From: Candidatus Nomurabacteria bacterium
GTDB taxonomy: Bacteria > Patescibacteriota > Minisyncoccia > Phycocordibacterales > SBAW01
Direction: 5' to 3'
Assembly: GCA_943348815.1 (NCBI GenBank)
Contig: CALQYT010000006.1
Location: 2,501 to 66,500 of the forward strand
DNA length: 64,000 nucleotides
Under the pieces are notes generated by a model, which saw only the letters and a list, made by a program, of their open reading frames with translations, searched no databases and was not told the DNA's origin. Below, in pieces: positions 7,298 to 16,963 of the stretch (positions are counted from its first letter, which is position 1; the number at the start of each line of letters is the position of its first letter). The position numbers and the translations under genes are program-made.

Positions 7298-8944
7298 CTA
7301 CAGCGGCCTGCCTGCCGGCAGGCAGGCTTTGAGGAACGCCACAAACAGCGGGTGCGGAGTAAGCGGCCGGGAGAGAAACTCGGGATGGAATTGCGTGCCC
7401 AACATAAAGGGGTGTGCCTCGCGCGGCAGCTCGGCTATCTCCATCAAGTTGTGATCGGGCGAGGTGCCACTAAATTTGAGCCCCGCTTCGGTGAGTTTAA
7501 TAACCGCATTTAGGTTGACCTCGTAGCGATGACGATGGCGCTCCTGCACCTCTTCGACATCCCCATACGCCTCGCGGGCAATCGTGTCATGGCGCAGTTT
7601 GCACGGGTACGTGCCGAGCCGCATCGTGCCACCGAAGTCGGCTTTCTCCATTTTTTCTTTCTGGTGCTCCATAATATGGATCACCGGATTGCGCGCGTCG
7701 GGTTTAATTTCGGCCGTGTGGGCGTCGGGGATCTTGGCAACATTGCGCGCGTACTCTACTACCATCAGCTGCATGCCGTAGCAGAGGCCAAAGTACGGGA
7801 TTTTATTTTCGCGGGCAAAGCGGATGGCCGCAATAATCCCCTCTACCCCACGACTGCCAAACCCGCCGGGCACCAATATGCCCTGGTATTGTTTTAGTTC
7901 TTCGAGCTTCGCCGGATCTTTTTCGTACACCTCCGAATCGAGGTATGCCAGCTTAACTTTGACATCCTGAGCGGCGCCCGCATGCTTCATCGCCTCGATG
8001 ACCGAAATGTAAACATCAGAGAGCACATAGTCGCCCGACATAAAATATTTACCGACCACCGCAATCGAAATTTCTTTCTGCGGATTTTTTGTTTTTGTTA
8101 CAAATGACTCCCAATCTTTGAGGTTACTCGGGCGCTTGTCGAGCCCCAGCACATCGCACAAAATGTCACCCATGCCGTCTTTTTCGTAATTAAGCGGCAC
8201 ATCGTAGATTGAGTCGACATCGGGCGCCGAAATAACATGATCGGGGTTGATGTTGCAGAAGATGCCTATCTTTTCTTTGCGTTTAGCGTCGATGGGCACT
8301 GCCGCGCGGGCAAGAATGATGTCTGCTTGCAACCCTACCGAGTTGAGTGAGCGCGCCGCATACTGCGTGGGCTTGGTCTTCATCTCGCCGATATTGTGCG
8401 GGATGGGTACATAGGAAACCATCACCACCGCCACATCGCGCGGATTTTTGTTTTTGAGCATGCGCGCCGCCTCCAAAAAGATGATGTTTTGATATTCGCC
8501 GATCGTGCCGCCTATTTCGATAATCGTCACCTCAGACTGCGCGGCCTTTTGCGCCTCGTCGATACGGCGCAACACCTCGAGCGGCACATCGGGCACCACC
8601 TCGACGTTATTGCCTTTGTACTCAAGATTGCGCTCTTTGCGGATTATTTCTTGATACACACGACCGGTGGTCATGTAATTGATGCTCGGCAATGTCTCGC
8701 TGAGAAAGCGCTCGTAGTTGCCCATGTCCTGGTCGGTCTCGTAGCCATCGTCGAGCACAAACACCTCGCCATGCACGGTCGGATTCATCGTCCCGGCATC
8801 AATGTTGATGTACGGGTCGATTTTGATCGCCGTAACTTTAAACCCTTTGGATTTTAAAATCCGCCCGATCGATGATGTTGCGACTCCTTTCCCTATCCCA
8901 GACATTACCCCGCCCACTACAAAAATGTATTTCGGCGCCGCCAT
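7298..8944 (-). CDS. pyrG: CTP synthase
   Basis: 548 aa. N-terminal synthetase signature (IFVVGGVMSGIGKG) and C-terminal GATase domain. Confidence 0.95.
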   Translation of the reverse strand: MAAPKYIFVVGGVMSGIGKGVATSSIGRILKSKGFKVTAIKIDPYINIDAGTMNPTVHGEVFVLDDGYETDQDMGNYERFLSETLPSINYMTTGRVYQEIIRKERNLEYKGNNVEVVPDVPLEVLRRIDEAQKAAQSEVTIIEIGGTIGEYQNIIFLEAARMLKNKNPRDVAVVMVSYVPIPHNIGEMKTKPTQYAARSLNSVGLQADIILARAAVPIDAKRKEKIGIFCNINPDHVISAPDVDSIYDVPLNYEKDGMGDILCDVLGLDKRPSNLKDWESFVTKTKNPQKEISIAVVGKYFMSGDYVLSDVYISVIEAMKHAGAAQDVKVKLAYLDSEVYEKDPAKLEELKQYQGILVPGGFGSRGVEGIIAAIRFARENKIPYFGLCYGMQLMVVEYARNVAKIPDAHTAEIKPDARNPVIHIMEHQKEKMEKADFGGTMRLGTYPCKLRHDTIAREAYGDVEEVQERHRHRYEVNLNAVIKLTEAGLKFSGTSPDHNLMEIAELPREAHPFMLGTQFHPEFLSRPLTPHPLFVAFLKACLPAGRPL

Positions 8945-8957
8945 TTAATTATCAGTA

Positions 8958-9887
8958 CTATATCTTCAAATACCGCTGGACCGCAAGCCAGCTGGCGGCC
9001 GCACCCAGCACGACACCCGTGCCAATAATGATCCCAAAGATCGAGAAGAAGTGACTGACGTAGTAGCTAAAAACATTTACCCCGCCAAAAAAGTTGCCGG
9101 TGGGGCCGCCGAGCCACCAGGTAAGTGGGTAGAAGATGAGCAGCGTAATCACGCCGGCCACTAAGCCATAGAGTATGCCCTCGACAATAAAGGGTCCGCG
9201 CACATAGAGCGCCCCGGCACCCACCAAACGCATAACCTGGATTTCGTCGCGGCTGGTGTAGATCGCAAGGCGCAAGGTGTTAAAGGAAATCGCGAGCGTA
9301 ATGAGGATGAGTATGCCGACAATCCAGCGACCAAGCACTTGGGCGGAGTTGGTGATGTACTGCAAACGCTCAAGCGCGGCGCGGTGCTGCTCGTCATAAA
9401 AGTTAATTTTGTCGATGACCGAGCTGGCGCCGTCTTGCGTTTGCTGGTCTTGCAAGAAGGTCGCGATGGTTTCGTATTGCGAAATATCTTTGGCTTTGAC
9501 GTTCAACACGGCGCCAAGCGGGTTGTCGGGCAACTCGTCGAGCGCTTGCAAGGTAAGCTGGTCGTTTTTATGGCGGTCTCTAAACTGCGCCAACGCCTCG
9601 TCGCGTGAGAGGTATTGTACCGAGGCCACTTCGGGCAGGGCCTCGAGCGAGGCCTTCATCTCTAAAATCCGATCTTCGGGTGCTTGGGTGGTGAAGTACA
9701 CGTTGACGTCGGCCTTGTCGCGGAGCTCTTGGAGTGCCGAGCCCAAAATCACGCCGGCAAAAATAGTCATGCCTACCGTAAAGAGCGTCACCGTCATGAC
9801 GAGTATCGAGGCGATAGACACAAAGGCGTTGCGGGAGAAGTCGAGTACCCCCGCGCGCAAAACTCGTTTAAAGAGTACCCACTTCAT
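8958..9887 (-). CDS. ftsX: Cell division permease FtsX
   Basis: 309 aa with one N-terminal TM, a periplasmic domain and three C-terminal TMs. FtsX-like sequence. Confidence 0.8.
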   Translation of the reverse strand: MKWVLFKRVLRAGVLDFSRNAFVSIASILVMTVTLFTVGMTIFAGVILGSALQELRDKADVNVYFTTQAPEDRILEMKASLEALPEVASVQYLSRDEALAQFRDRHKNDQLTLQALDELPDNPLGAVLNVKAKDISQYETIATFLQDQQTQDGASSVIDKINFYDEQHRAALERLQYITNSAQVLGRWIVGILILITLAISFNTLRLAIYTSRDEIQVMRLVGAGALYVRGPFIVEGILYGLVAGVITLLIFYPLTWWLGGPTGNFFGGVNVFSYYVSHFFSIFGIIIGTGVVLGAAASWLAVQRYLKI

Positions 9888-9973
9888 TTAACAAAAGTAT
9901 AACCGATTTTTTCGCAGGCCCAAATGAAGCGCTCAATAAATAAAAACCGCGCCCACTGAGGACGCAGTCAAAA

Positions 9974-10351
9974 TCAGGATGTGGGGCGGACCGCTTCGAT
10001 GATCGAAAAGCCGTTCTCGTCGAAGGTGACCTTAACCCATGTCCGGCTGAGGCGGCCGAAGGTGTTCGACAACACCTCCCGAAGATTAATGACCTCGCGG
10101 TTGGGGCGCTCCGGATCACACAGCCAACCAGACTTGTGATCGTACCGGTAGAAGGCGCCGACACCTTGAACATCTTCATAGCGAAACGTGGCTCCCCGGG
10201 TGGGACTGTGGCTGGCAAACTTGCCGTCAGCCGCCACGAGCGTAGTCTCGACGAGTTTGTGGAGCTCGATAGTGTGCTTTTCCATGGTCTCCAGAAACCA
10301 GGAATCGCGGCTCGACACCCTCAAGGTACCGGAATATTCCTCTGTTGGCAT
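9974..10351 (-). CDS. Hypothetical protein
   Basis: 125-aa ORF co-oriented with its neighbours. Confidence 0.4.
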   Translation of the reverse strand: MPTEEYSGTLRVSSRDSWFLETMEKHTIELHKLVETTLVAADGKFASHSPTRGATFRYEDVQGVGAFYRYDHKSGWLCDPERPNREVINLREVLSNTFGRLSRTWVKVTFDENGFSIIEAVRPTS

Positions 10352-10423
10352 CAGGTTTCCCCTTGTTGCGGCCCAGCCGCGTGGAACGAATCGGCAACAC
10401 TGTACAAAAAAACACTAAGACTG

Positions 10424-11512
10424 TCAACTAAGGGAGGCGACCTCGCCCGCGTAATTTGTTTTCATCGCCTCCCGAAAATCTGCAATGTTTGCCGCAATAC
10501 CATTACCCAAAAGCCAACGTACCTTTACATCCACCGCAACGTCGGTGTGGTCATAACATGGGATACCGCCGGCTTTAATAGCCGCGAGACCAGTTTCATA
10601 ATGGGTCGCCACCGCACTGCCGCCGGGAAACTTTGTGGTTATAAAAATAGGTACCAAATATTCTTCGGTTGCTTGTTTGATGACTGGGAGCAAATTATAT
10701 TGACCTTCTGAACATACGTTACCTTCTCCTAGAGATTTAAAGATCATTGCGGAGACACCACCATTGGTAATGAAACCTAGTACTACATTTGGGTCGATAC
10801 CTGGTGCCAACTCAAAGCCAATCACTCCCCTACCAAACTTGGGTGCAAGATTTATTTTCTCCTGTGCGTCAACTTTCATCTTTACAAGATTCTTCTTGAG
10901 ATGCACCCCGTTTGAATCTATCGAGCCCACATCAGGGTACGAGGGGGATTGAAACGCATCGAACCGCTTTTCGCTCAATTTGAGCGCCCGGCAACCGAGC
11001 AAAACTTTGTCCCAAAAATTTACTAACACGTCGGCTACACCAATCCTTATCGCTTCATCTAAGGTCCTAAAAAGATTTTCAAGATTGAATCGGCCGTCCC
11101 CACCCGGTTCGTAGATAGGATTTTGTGAGCCAGTCAAACAAACAGGGATACGCAAGCCGCTTTTGCCCGGATCTTTACCATGCAAGGCCAACGACAGTGC
11201 AGTCGCGGTGTATGCAAGCGTGTCTGTGCCATGGGCGATAGCGACACCGTCATATCCTTCTTCATCTTGAGCTTTCTTAACTCTAAAAATAAGTTTCTCC
11301 CAATCGTTTGGGGTCATGTTAGAGCTATCTTTGGCGGTCACAAACTCAAACACAACCTCCATATCCTTCTTAACCTTTTCTATCGCGGGTTCACAAGCGA
11401 TCTGAAAGATTTTGCTATCTTTTGGAGGAACTAAAACTATCTGCCCATCCCGCTCTTCGGGGACTTGTCCGATGGTTCCACCATTGTAGAGAAATAAAAC
11501 GCGTTTCTTCAT
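10424..11512 (-). CDS. L-asparaginase family protein (type I / GatD-like)
   Basis: Contains LYNGGTIG and HGTDTL motifs. 362 aa. Confidence 0.75.
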   Translation of the reverse strand: MKKRVLFLYNGGTIGQVPEERDGQIVLVPPKDSKIFQIACEPAIEKVKKDMEVVFEFVTAKDSSNMTPNDWEKLIFRVKKAQDEEGYDGVAIAHGTDTLAYTATALSLALHGKDPGKSGLRIPVCLTGSQNPIYEPGGDGRFNLENLFRTLDEAIRIGVADVLVNFWDKVLLGCRALKLSEKRFDAFQSPSYPDVGSIDSNGVHLKKNLVKMKVDAQEKINLAPKFGRGVIGFELAPGIDPNVVLGFITNGGVSAMIFKSLGEGNVCSEGQYNLLPVIKQATEEYLVPIFITTKFPGGSAVATHYETGLAAIKAGGIPCYDHTDVAVDVKVRWLLGNGIAANIADFREAMKTNYAGEVASLS

Positions 11513-11554
11513 ATCCGCTTTATCTTAATACAAACACTACCTTTGTCTACTAAC

Positions 11555-11579
11555 AAAAAACGCGCCTCGACGGCGCGTT
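11555..11579 (-). terminator. Rho-independent terminator (minus strand)
   Basis: aacgcgcc-tcgac-ggcgcgtt hairpin with a T-tract on the minus strand, downstream of 11592-11840. Confidence 0.5.
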
Positions 11580-11591
11580 CCTATTAGAAAA

Positions 11592-11840
11592 CTACAGCCC
11601 CCGAACCTTCTTCAAAACAACTTTCGTAAGTTCGTCGCCGTCGTTGAGGTGCGAACCGGGGGCATCAGACCACATACTCGTTATTTCGTAGGTGCCGTCA
11701 GGGACTTTAAAACCCGGCGGCCCAAAACCGACGTAAGAACCCCAAGTCAAACGGCTGTGGTGGTAAACCCAGGTGTGCTTACTCGTATAGGTCAGGATGA
11801 TGCGACCCTTGGTGTTTTTCAGCTTGACGACAGTGGCCAT
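11592..11840 (-). CDS. Hypothetical small protein
   Basis: 82-aa ORF. Confidence 0.4.
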   Translation of the reverse strand: MATVVKLKNTKGRIILTYTSKHTWVYHHSRLTWGSYVGFGPPGFKVPDGTYEITSMWSDAPGSHLNDGDELTKVVLKKVRGL

Positions 11841-11915
11841 CCAGCTCTCCTCCTAGGTAGACTGTTCGCTCAGAATATCCCTAAAAACGCCTACTCTGTC
11901 AACTAGAATTTAGAA

Positions 11916-12596
11916 TTACAGAATATACTTCCCCTCCTTGTCGTCGCGGATTACTTTGCCGCGGTCCATCGTGATGACACGTTTTTTGAGAGAATCGATG
12001 ACGCCCTTGTTGTGAGTCGTGAGAATAATTGTCGTGCCCAAGTCGTTGATCTTTTTTAAAATCTGCACTATCTCAAACGTGTTGACCGGGTCGAGGTTAC
12101 CCGTCGGCTCGTCGGCGACAATGACATCGGGTTGGTTAACAATCGCGCGGGCAATCGCCACGCGCTGTTGTTCGCCGCCCGAGAGCTCGTGGGGGAAGTT
12201 ATTCATCTTGTCGCCGAGGTCTACCAACTCGAGCACGTGCGGCACGTCGGAGTGGATCTCTGCCTCGGGCTTACCGGAGGCTTCCATTGCAAAGGCGATG
12301 TTTTCGTAGGCGGTTTTGTTGGGGAGGAGCCGGAAGTCCTGAAAGACCGTCCCGATTTTGCGGCGCAAAGTGTTTATTTTTGAGGTCGGCATCTCATGCA
12401 CGTTGATAGACTCAAAAAACACCGAGCCGGTCGTCGGCTTTTCCTCGGCCAAGAGCATCTTAACCAGCGTTGTCTTTCCCGCGCCGGAGTGCCCGACGAG
12501 CGAAATAAACTCCCCCGGCTCTACCGAGAAGGAAACGTCTTCAAGCGCAACGGAGTTATCAGCGTAAATTTTGCTTACGCGGTCGTAATAGATCAT
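11916..12596 (-). CDS. ftsE: Cell division ATP-binding protein FtsE
   Basis: Walker A (GHSGAGKTT), ABC signature (LSGGEQQR) and Walker B. Confidence 0.9.
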   Translation of the reverse strand: MIYYDRVSKIYADNSVALEDVSFSVEPGEFISLVGHSGAGKTTLVKMLLAEEKPTTGSVFFESINVHEMPTSKINTLRRKIGTVFQDFRLLPNKTAYENIAFAMEASGKPEAEIHSDVPHVLELVDLGDKMNNFPHELSGGEQQRVAIARAIVNQPDVIVADEPTGNLDPVNTFEIVQILKKINDLGTTIILTTHNKGVIDSLKKRVITMDRGKVIRDDKEGKYIL

Positions 12597-12605
12597 TGGA
12601 CCGTA

Positions 12606-13466
12606 TTATTGTACTAAAAAAGGCTCGAGATTGCCATCCAGTACTCCCGCAGCATCCCGCACCTCAACATTAGTTCGGTGGTCTTTAACCAATTGATACG
12701 GATGGAGCACATACGAGCGGATTTGGTTGCCCCATTCAATCTTGCCTGCCGCAACCGAGAGGTCGGATATTTTTTCTTTGCGCTCTTCTTCCATCTTTCG
12801 CAGGAGTTTTGCGGTGAGTATCGCGAGCGCCTTTTCTTTATTGGCCCCTTGGGTGCGCTCGCCGTCGACGTGCGCCGAAAGGTTAGTTGGTTTGTGCACA
12901 ATGCGCACGGCCGTCTCGCGTTTGTTAACGTTTTGCCCGCCGGGGCCCGAGGAGCGCGCCACGGTAATCTCTAAATCTTTTTCGTCCAGCTCGATGGCTG
13001 CCACCTTTTGCAGCACCGGCAGTACTTCGACTAACACAAAGGAGGTATGACGCTTTTCGTTAGCATTAAACGGCGAGATCCGCACCAGCCGGTGCACGCC
13101 GTACTCTCCCTTCAATACTCTATAGATATTTTTTCCTTCGATCTCGATAGAAACATTGCGGTAGCCGCCATGGTCGTTTTTATTTTCGTGCAAAACTTTT
13201 ACGCCCCAGCCGTGCTTCTCTATATATTTGCGATACATCGCCAACAGCATTTGGGCAAAGTCTTCGGCGTCATCGCCGCCAGCGCCCGCTACCAGCGATA
13301 GTATCGCCCCGCCGCGGTCGTAGGCACTCCCACCCTCGGCCTCTGTCTTTAAATCCTGCAGCTCTTTAATAAGCGCTTGCGCCTCGGTAGGGTTGCTCCA
13401 AAAATCCGCCGCCTGCATCGCGACTTCTATCTCTTTAATACGTAGTTCTATGGCCTCCTTTTCCAC
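12606..13466 (-). CDS. prfB: Peptide chain release factor 2. Short form with a GTG start and no frameshift site.
   Basis: SPF tripeptide ([15 protein letters not shown]) and GGQ motif ([11 protein letters not shown]). Only 286 aa. Confidence 0.85.
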   Translation of the reverse strand: MEKEAIELRIKEIEVAMQAADFWSNPTEAQALIKELQDLKTEAEGGSAYDRGGAILSLVAGAGGDDAEDFAQMLLAMYRKYIEKHGWGVKVLHENKNDHGGYRNVSIEIEGKNIYRVLKGEYGVHRLVRISPFNANEKRHTSFVLVEVLPVLQKVAAIELDEKDLEITVARSSGPGGQNVNKRETAVRIVHKPTNLSAHVDGERTQGANKEKALAILTAKLLRKMEEERKEKISDLSVAAGKIEWGNQIRSYVLHPYQLVKDHRTNVEVRDAAGVLDGNLEPFLVQ

Positions 13467-13484
13467 TCGCCCACTATAACAAAC

Positions 13485-14450
13485 TTATACCGCGGCAGAG
13501 CGCACGGGCTTTTGGTCAGTGTTGGTATTTTGCTCTGTGCGTTGCGGCGCTTGCTTTGCATCCCATCGGCCCCCCGCTGGACGGGCGGTCGGAATTGCGG
13601 CAAGAGTGCTTTTAAACGTGCTTGCCGAAAGTGGGTCGAGGTCGGTAAGATTCTCTACCAAACCTGCGAGTAATTTTTTACGTGTCGCAGGGTTCATGGT
13701 GAGCGCCTCTTTAAGCATCGAGGTTATCGAAACGCCAGCCAGCAGGGCAATTTTTGGCTGCTTATCCTCTGTTGCAAGACCTCGCGCCACTGTATGCAAC
13801 TTTTCAGCAATAGCTAGCGCTCTTAGCTTGAGCGTAAAATCCGCCAACCCCTGCCACTCCAACACTTTTCCGGTGAGCTCGTCTACCACCTCACGGGTCG
13901 GATTATGAGGGATCTTTCCTACCACAGACATAATACCCGGCGCGTTCAAATATAAACCTCCGGCGGCCAGGATAGTGGCGGAGTCTCCCATAATTTTAAA
14001 AAACTCACGACGATTTACGTATATGCTGAAATACAAGGCTGCTGTAGCCAAGGCCAGAAAGGCCGCGCCAACGTTGCTTCGCTGCTCTAACTTCTGCATT
14101 TCGGCTTTCGCCGCCGACGGCGGAAGAGGTGTATTAACTCCAAAGACGGGCAAATTTTTTTCTCGCGCGGCAATTATCAATGCCCGCGCATGTTGCAATG
14201 ATCCTTTATACTCTCCCGCTTCAACTGACTGTAACACTCGGGCCCACTCTTGCTCGTCACCGTCATAACCACTGTCTAGCTCAAGCAGCGATACGGCGAG
14301 TGCATCTACTTCGCCCAATGCTTCAGGCGGCACCGGGCCATGCCCAAGACTAATGAGTCGAGCAACACTCCCGCCAGCAAAAGGTACCTCGATAACATTT
14401 TTTAGTTTTTCCTGAGCGGGCGGCCTAGAAAATGCATCCCCTATATCCAT
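13485..14450 (-). CDS. Hypothetical protein
   Basis: 321-aa ORF immediately upstream of prfB. Confidence 0.5.
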   Translation of the reverse strand: MDIGDAFSRPPAQEKLKNVIEVPFAGGSVARLISLGHGPVPPEALGEVDALAVSLLELDSGYDGDEQEWARVLQSVEAGEYKGSLQHARALIIAAREKNLPVFGVNTPLPPSAAKAEMQKLEQRSNVGAAFLALATAALYFSIYVNRREFFKIMGDSATILAAGGLYLNAPGIMSVVGKIPHNPTREVVDELTGKVLEWQGLADFTLKLRALAIAEKLHTVARGLATEDKQPKIALLAGVSITSMLKEALTMNPATRKKLLAGLVENLTDLDPLSASTFKSTLAAIPTARPAGGRWDAKQAPQRTEQNTNTDQKPVRSAAV

Positions 14451-14473
14451 GCGGCCACTCTATCACACGTTTT

Positions 14474-14549
14474 TGGAGCCAGAGGCCGGGATCGAACCGG
14501 CGACCTGCGGTTTACGATACCGCTGCTCTACCAACTGAGCTACTCTGGC
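14474..14549 (-). tRNA. tRNA-Thr(CGT), CCA encoded
   Basis: Hand-folded cloverleaf: acceptor GCCAGAG/CTCTGGC, anticodon stem GCGGT/ACCGC, loop ATCGTAA. Confidence 0.8.
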
Positions 14550-14576
14550 GTACTACCCTACTCCGGAATACCCGGG

Positions 14577-14649
14577 AGCCGAAGCCCGGAATCGAACCGG
14601 GGACCTACTCCTTACCATGGAGTTGCTCTACCATCTGAGCTACTTCGGC
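14577..14649 (-). tRNA. tRNA-Thr(GGT)
   Basis: Acceptor GCCGAAG/CTTCGGC, anticodon stem ACTCC/GGAGT, loop ATGGTAA. No encoded CCA. Confidence 0.75.
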
Positions 14650-14705
14650 AATGCAAAAACAGTATCGCATTTCTGCGCTTTTGGCGAGCCCAAAAAAATA
14701 AGCGA

Positions 14706-15314
14706 CTAGTCTACGGTACGTATAGTGGAAGCTTCAACGGTGAGTTGCGAAGTGTCCGACTGGAGCGTGCCGTTGATTGTAATGGTGTCGCCAACGTGCA
14801 CGTTGGCTAGTGAAATAGTTTTGCCGTCGTGATTGAGTACCCGCGTACCAAAATGTCGTGCACCGTAATCTTGTCCGTTGGTGGTTACTAGCCACGTAAA
14901 GTCTGCTCCGCCCCAGAGCGTTCGTACCAAAAGTTGTGAGCTGCTGACCGATTGCACTTGCGCATTGCGCAACAGCACCAAACCGGTGGGTGCAATGTGC
15001 ATCTCGACCATGGAGCTCTGCTCGGCAACCATGCTCACCGGTGCCTCAACACCCGCAAAAGCGGGGCGCGCTGCCGCCATCGAGAGAGCAAAAGCTCCCA
15101 CCGCAATTCCAAAAAAGGCGGAGGTAACAAAAAGTGCGGCAAAAGGCCGTTCGCGCACTATTGTCGGCGCGTACTGCCACACGCGGCCAAAAACACCGCC
15201 GAATATTCCTTCGATCTCTCTACCCAACCCAGCAGCGTCGGTATGCAGTTTGCGCGCGGCTTCGGTAGCAGCCGTTGAAAAATCTTGTGCGACAAGTTGG
15301 GGTTGAGAGCTCAT
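14706..15314 (-). CDS. Hypothetical membrane-anchored protein
   Basis: The ORF extends to 15479. The start MSSQPQ at 15314 is preferred but uncertain. There is a TM segment near the N-terminus. Confidence 0.4.
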   Translation of the reverse strand: MSSQPQLVAQDFSTAATEAARKLHTDAAGLGREIEGIFGGVFGRVWQYAPTIVRERPFAALFVTSAFFGIAVGAFALSMAAARPAFAGVEAPVSMVAEQSSMVEMHIAPTGLVLLRNAQVQSVSSSQLLVRTLWGGADFTWLVTTNGQDYGARHFGTRVLNHDGKTISLANVHVGDTITINGTLQSDTSQLTVEASTIRTVD

Positions 15315-15504
15315 CAACACACAATACGCAGGATATGATGAAGCCCCCATGAGTAAATCTATGCGCGAGAGACGGGCTTGGCTTTCGGTCGAACCTTGCC
15401 GTCGCAAAGTTCGCCTGCAGCCCCGGCTCGGTATTTTGCAAGTGCAAAATATACCTCCGCCGTTCAAGTCCCTCGGCAAGCACGCTTGCCGCTCTCGCTA
15501 CGCA

Positions 15505-15528
15505 AAAATCCCCCTGCGGGGATTTTTG
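15505..15528. terminator. Hairpin terminator adjacent to the tRNA-Asp 3' end
   Basis: aaaaatcccc-ctgc-ggggattttt, a 10-bp stem with T-tracts on both sides. Confidence 0.55.
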
Positions 15529-15532
15529 TCTG

Positions 15533-15606
15533 CGCGAGAGACGGGACTTGAACCCGCAACCTCGTCCGTGACAGGGACGCGCTCTAACCAGTTGAGCTAC
15601 TCCCGC
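15533..15606 (-). tRNA. tRNA-Asp(GTC)
   Basis: Acceptor GCGGGAG/CTCTCGC, anticodon stem CGTCC/GGACG, loop CTGTCAC. Confidence 0.8.
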
Positions 15607-15738
15607 ATTTTGTTGAGTCCCGACGCCTGGGTCGGGAGGCCGACCAAAGCGTCGGCCCTACTCCCGCAAAAGCTAACCTTCAATAACCGAGGGCAAGCAG
15701 GCGCATTCTAGCGTAAAACGAGCGCCCTTTCCAGCGCA

Positions 15739-16113
15739 TTAATTCCGGTCGCGGCGGTCTTTGAGCTCGCGAAATTTGCGGAATTCTGCTTCGAGCATCT
15801 CAAGCTCCGAGTCTTCCATCTCTTCGATATCAATTAATTTATTGCGCGCCGGGCCGATAGCTTTAATGAGCTCGTCGAGCTTAAGATGCACGGCATGCGA
15901 GTCGCGGTTTTGGGTGTTTTGAATCAAGAAAACCATCAAGAAGGTCAAAATCGTCGTGCCTGTGTTTATCACCAACTGCCAGGTGTTGGAGTAGTCGAAC
16001 CACGGTCCGGTGAGGGCCCACACCACCACCAATAAAAATGCCAGCATAAACGCCCACGAGCTGCCCACCAGCTCGGCGGTTTTGTGTGCAATACGGCGAA
16101 ATACTTCGTGCAT
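15739..16113 (-). CDS. Low-affinity iron permease-like small membrane protein
   Basis: 124 aa. WQLVINTGTTILTFLMVFLIQNTQNRD..KLDELI pattern, as recalled for this family. Confidence 0.45.
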   Translation of the reverse strand: MHEVFRRIAHKTAELVGSSWAFMLAFLLVVVWALTGPWFDYSNTWQLVINTGTTILTFLMVFLIQNTQNRDSHAVHLKLDELIKAIGPARNKLIDIEEMEDSELEMLEAEFRKFRELKDRRDRN

Positions 16114-16143
16114 GTTCCTAGTATACCCCTTTTAATCTGCGAG

Positions 16144-16217
16144 TACCGGGGGTGGGAGTTGCACCCACGACCTCAGCGTTATGAATGCTGTGCTCTTACT
16201 AACTGAGCTACCCCGGT
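16144..16217 (-). tRNA. tRNA-Met(CAT), elongator type
   Basis: Acceptor ACCGGGG/CCCCGGT with the 1:72 position paired. Anticodon loop TTCATAA. Confidence 0.7.
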
Positions 16218-16266
16218 ATGCAGGAAAAATACCACGCAACGAGCGCTTTTCCAAATTAACTTCTTG

Positions 16267-16338
16267 TTGCGGGGGCGGGAATTGCACCCGCGACCTTCAG
16301 GTTATGAGCCTGACGAGCTACTACTGCTCCACCCCGCG
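16267..16338 (-). tRNA. Initiator tRNA-fMet(CAT)
   Basis: Near-identical to the E. coli tRNA-fMet 5' half (CGCGGGGTGGAGCAG..GCTCGTC.GGCTCATAACC), with a C1:A72 mismatch. Confidence 0.8.
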
Positions 16339-16354
16339 ATATATGAAAAGTATA

Positions 16355-16945
16355 TCAAATAGCGCCCAATTCCTCAAGCACGCGTTTGTAGTTGGTTATA
16401 GCCATTTGGATATCGCGCGAGCTGAGCTCCAAACTCTCGCCACTGTGCGCAATTTGGTTGCGCAGCATGTGCGCGTCCCAGGCATTGCGGAGGCTGCTAA
16501 GTTGGAGCGGATTAGCGATTTTTAACTGCTCGCCTACCGAGACACCAACATAACCGGCCGCATCAAGCGCGTCGCCCATCATGATGTCGGCCTCCAATAT
16601 TGCGCGCCGCCAGTCGCTCGGGTTTTGCGAGGTTGCGAGTGCCACAATATGTTCCCACCGGCTGCTGCCTTCTGGCTTTGCGGGCTCCTCCTCGTGTTCA
16701 TGCGCATGCTTTTCTTTGGCATGAAAGCCGGCGTGCTCGACCTGCAGCAATCTGATTTGTGCGTACACGATCAAGAGCAAAAGAATAAACGAGAGTGTCA
16801 TCCCTACAATCACAATCGTGGTCGTCGTACCCGCCACCCAGCTCGGCAACTGCGCACTGAGATGAAAGCTCGCCAAAAAGTCGTACGCGCGTACGAGCAA
16901 ATATTCTATATTGAGATAATCAACACCGTTAGAGGACATTACCAA
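16355..16945 (-). CDS. Hypothetical membrane protein with a possible C-terminal HEPN-like Rx4H motif
   Basis: N-terminal TM segments. C-terminal LRNQIAHSGE. Confidence 0.4.
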   Translation of the reverse strand: MVMSSNGVDYLNIEYLLVRAYDFLASFHLSAQLPSWVAGTTTTIVIVGMTLSFILLLLIVYAQIRLLQVEHAGFHAKEKHAHEHEEEPAKPEGSSRWEHIVALATSQNPSDWRRAILEADIMMGDALDAAGYVGVSVGEQLKIANPLQLSSLRNAWDAHMLRNQIAHSGESLELSSRDIQMAITNYKRVLEELGAI

Positions 16946-16963
16946 CTATTCTAACGTGTTTTT

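Noticed and set aside
12606-13500. Programmed +1 frameshift ORF0 upstream of prfB
   Set aside because: Searched the upstream minus-strand sequence. The preceding gene stop (TAA) is 20 nt before the GTG start, and no CUU-UGA-C site or ORF0 is present.
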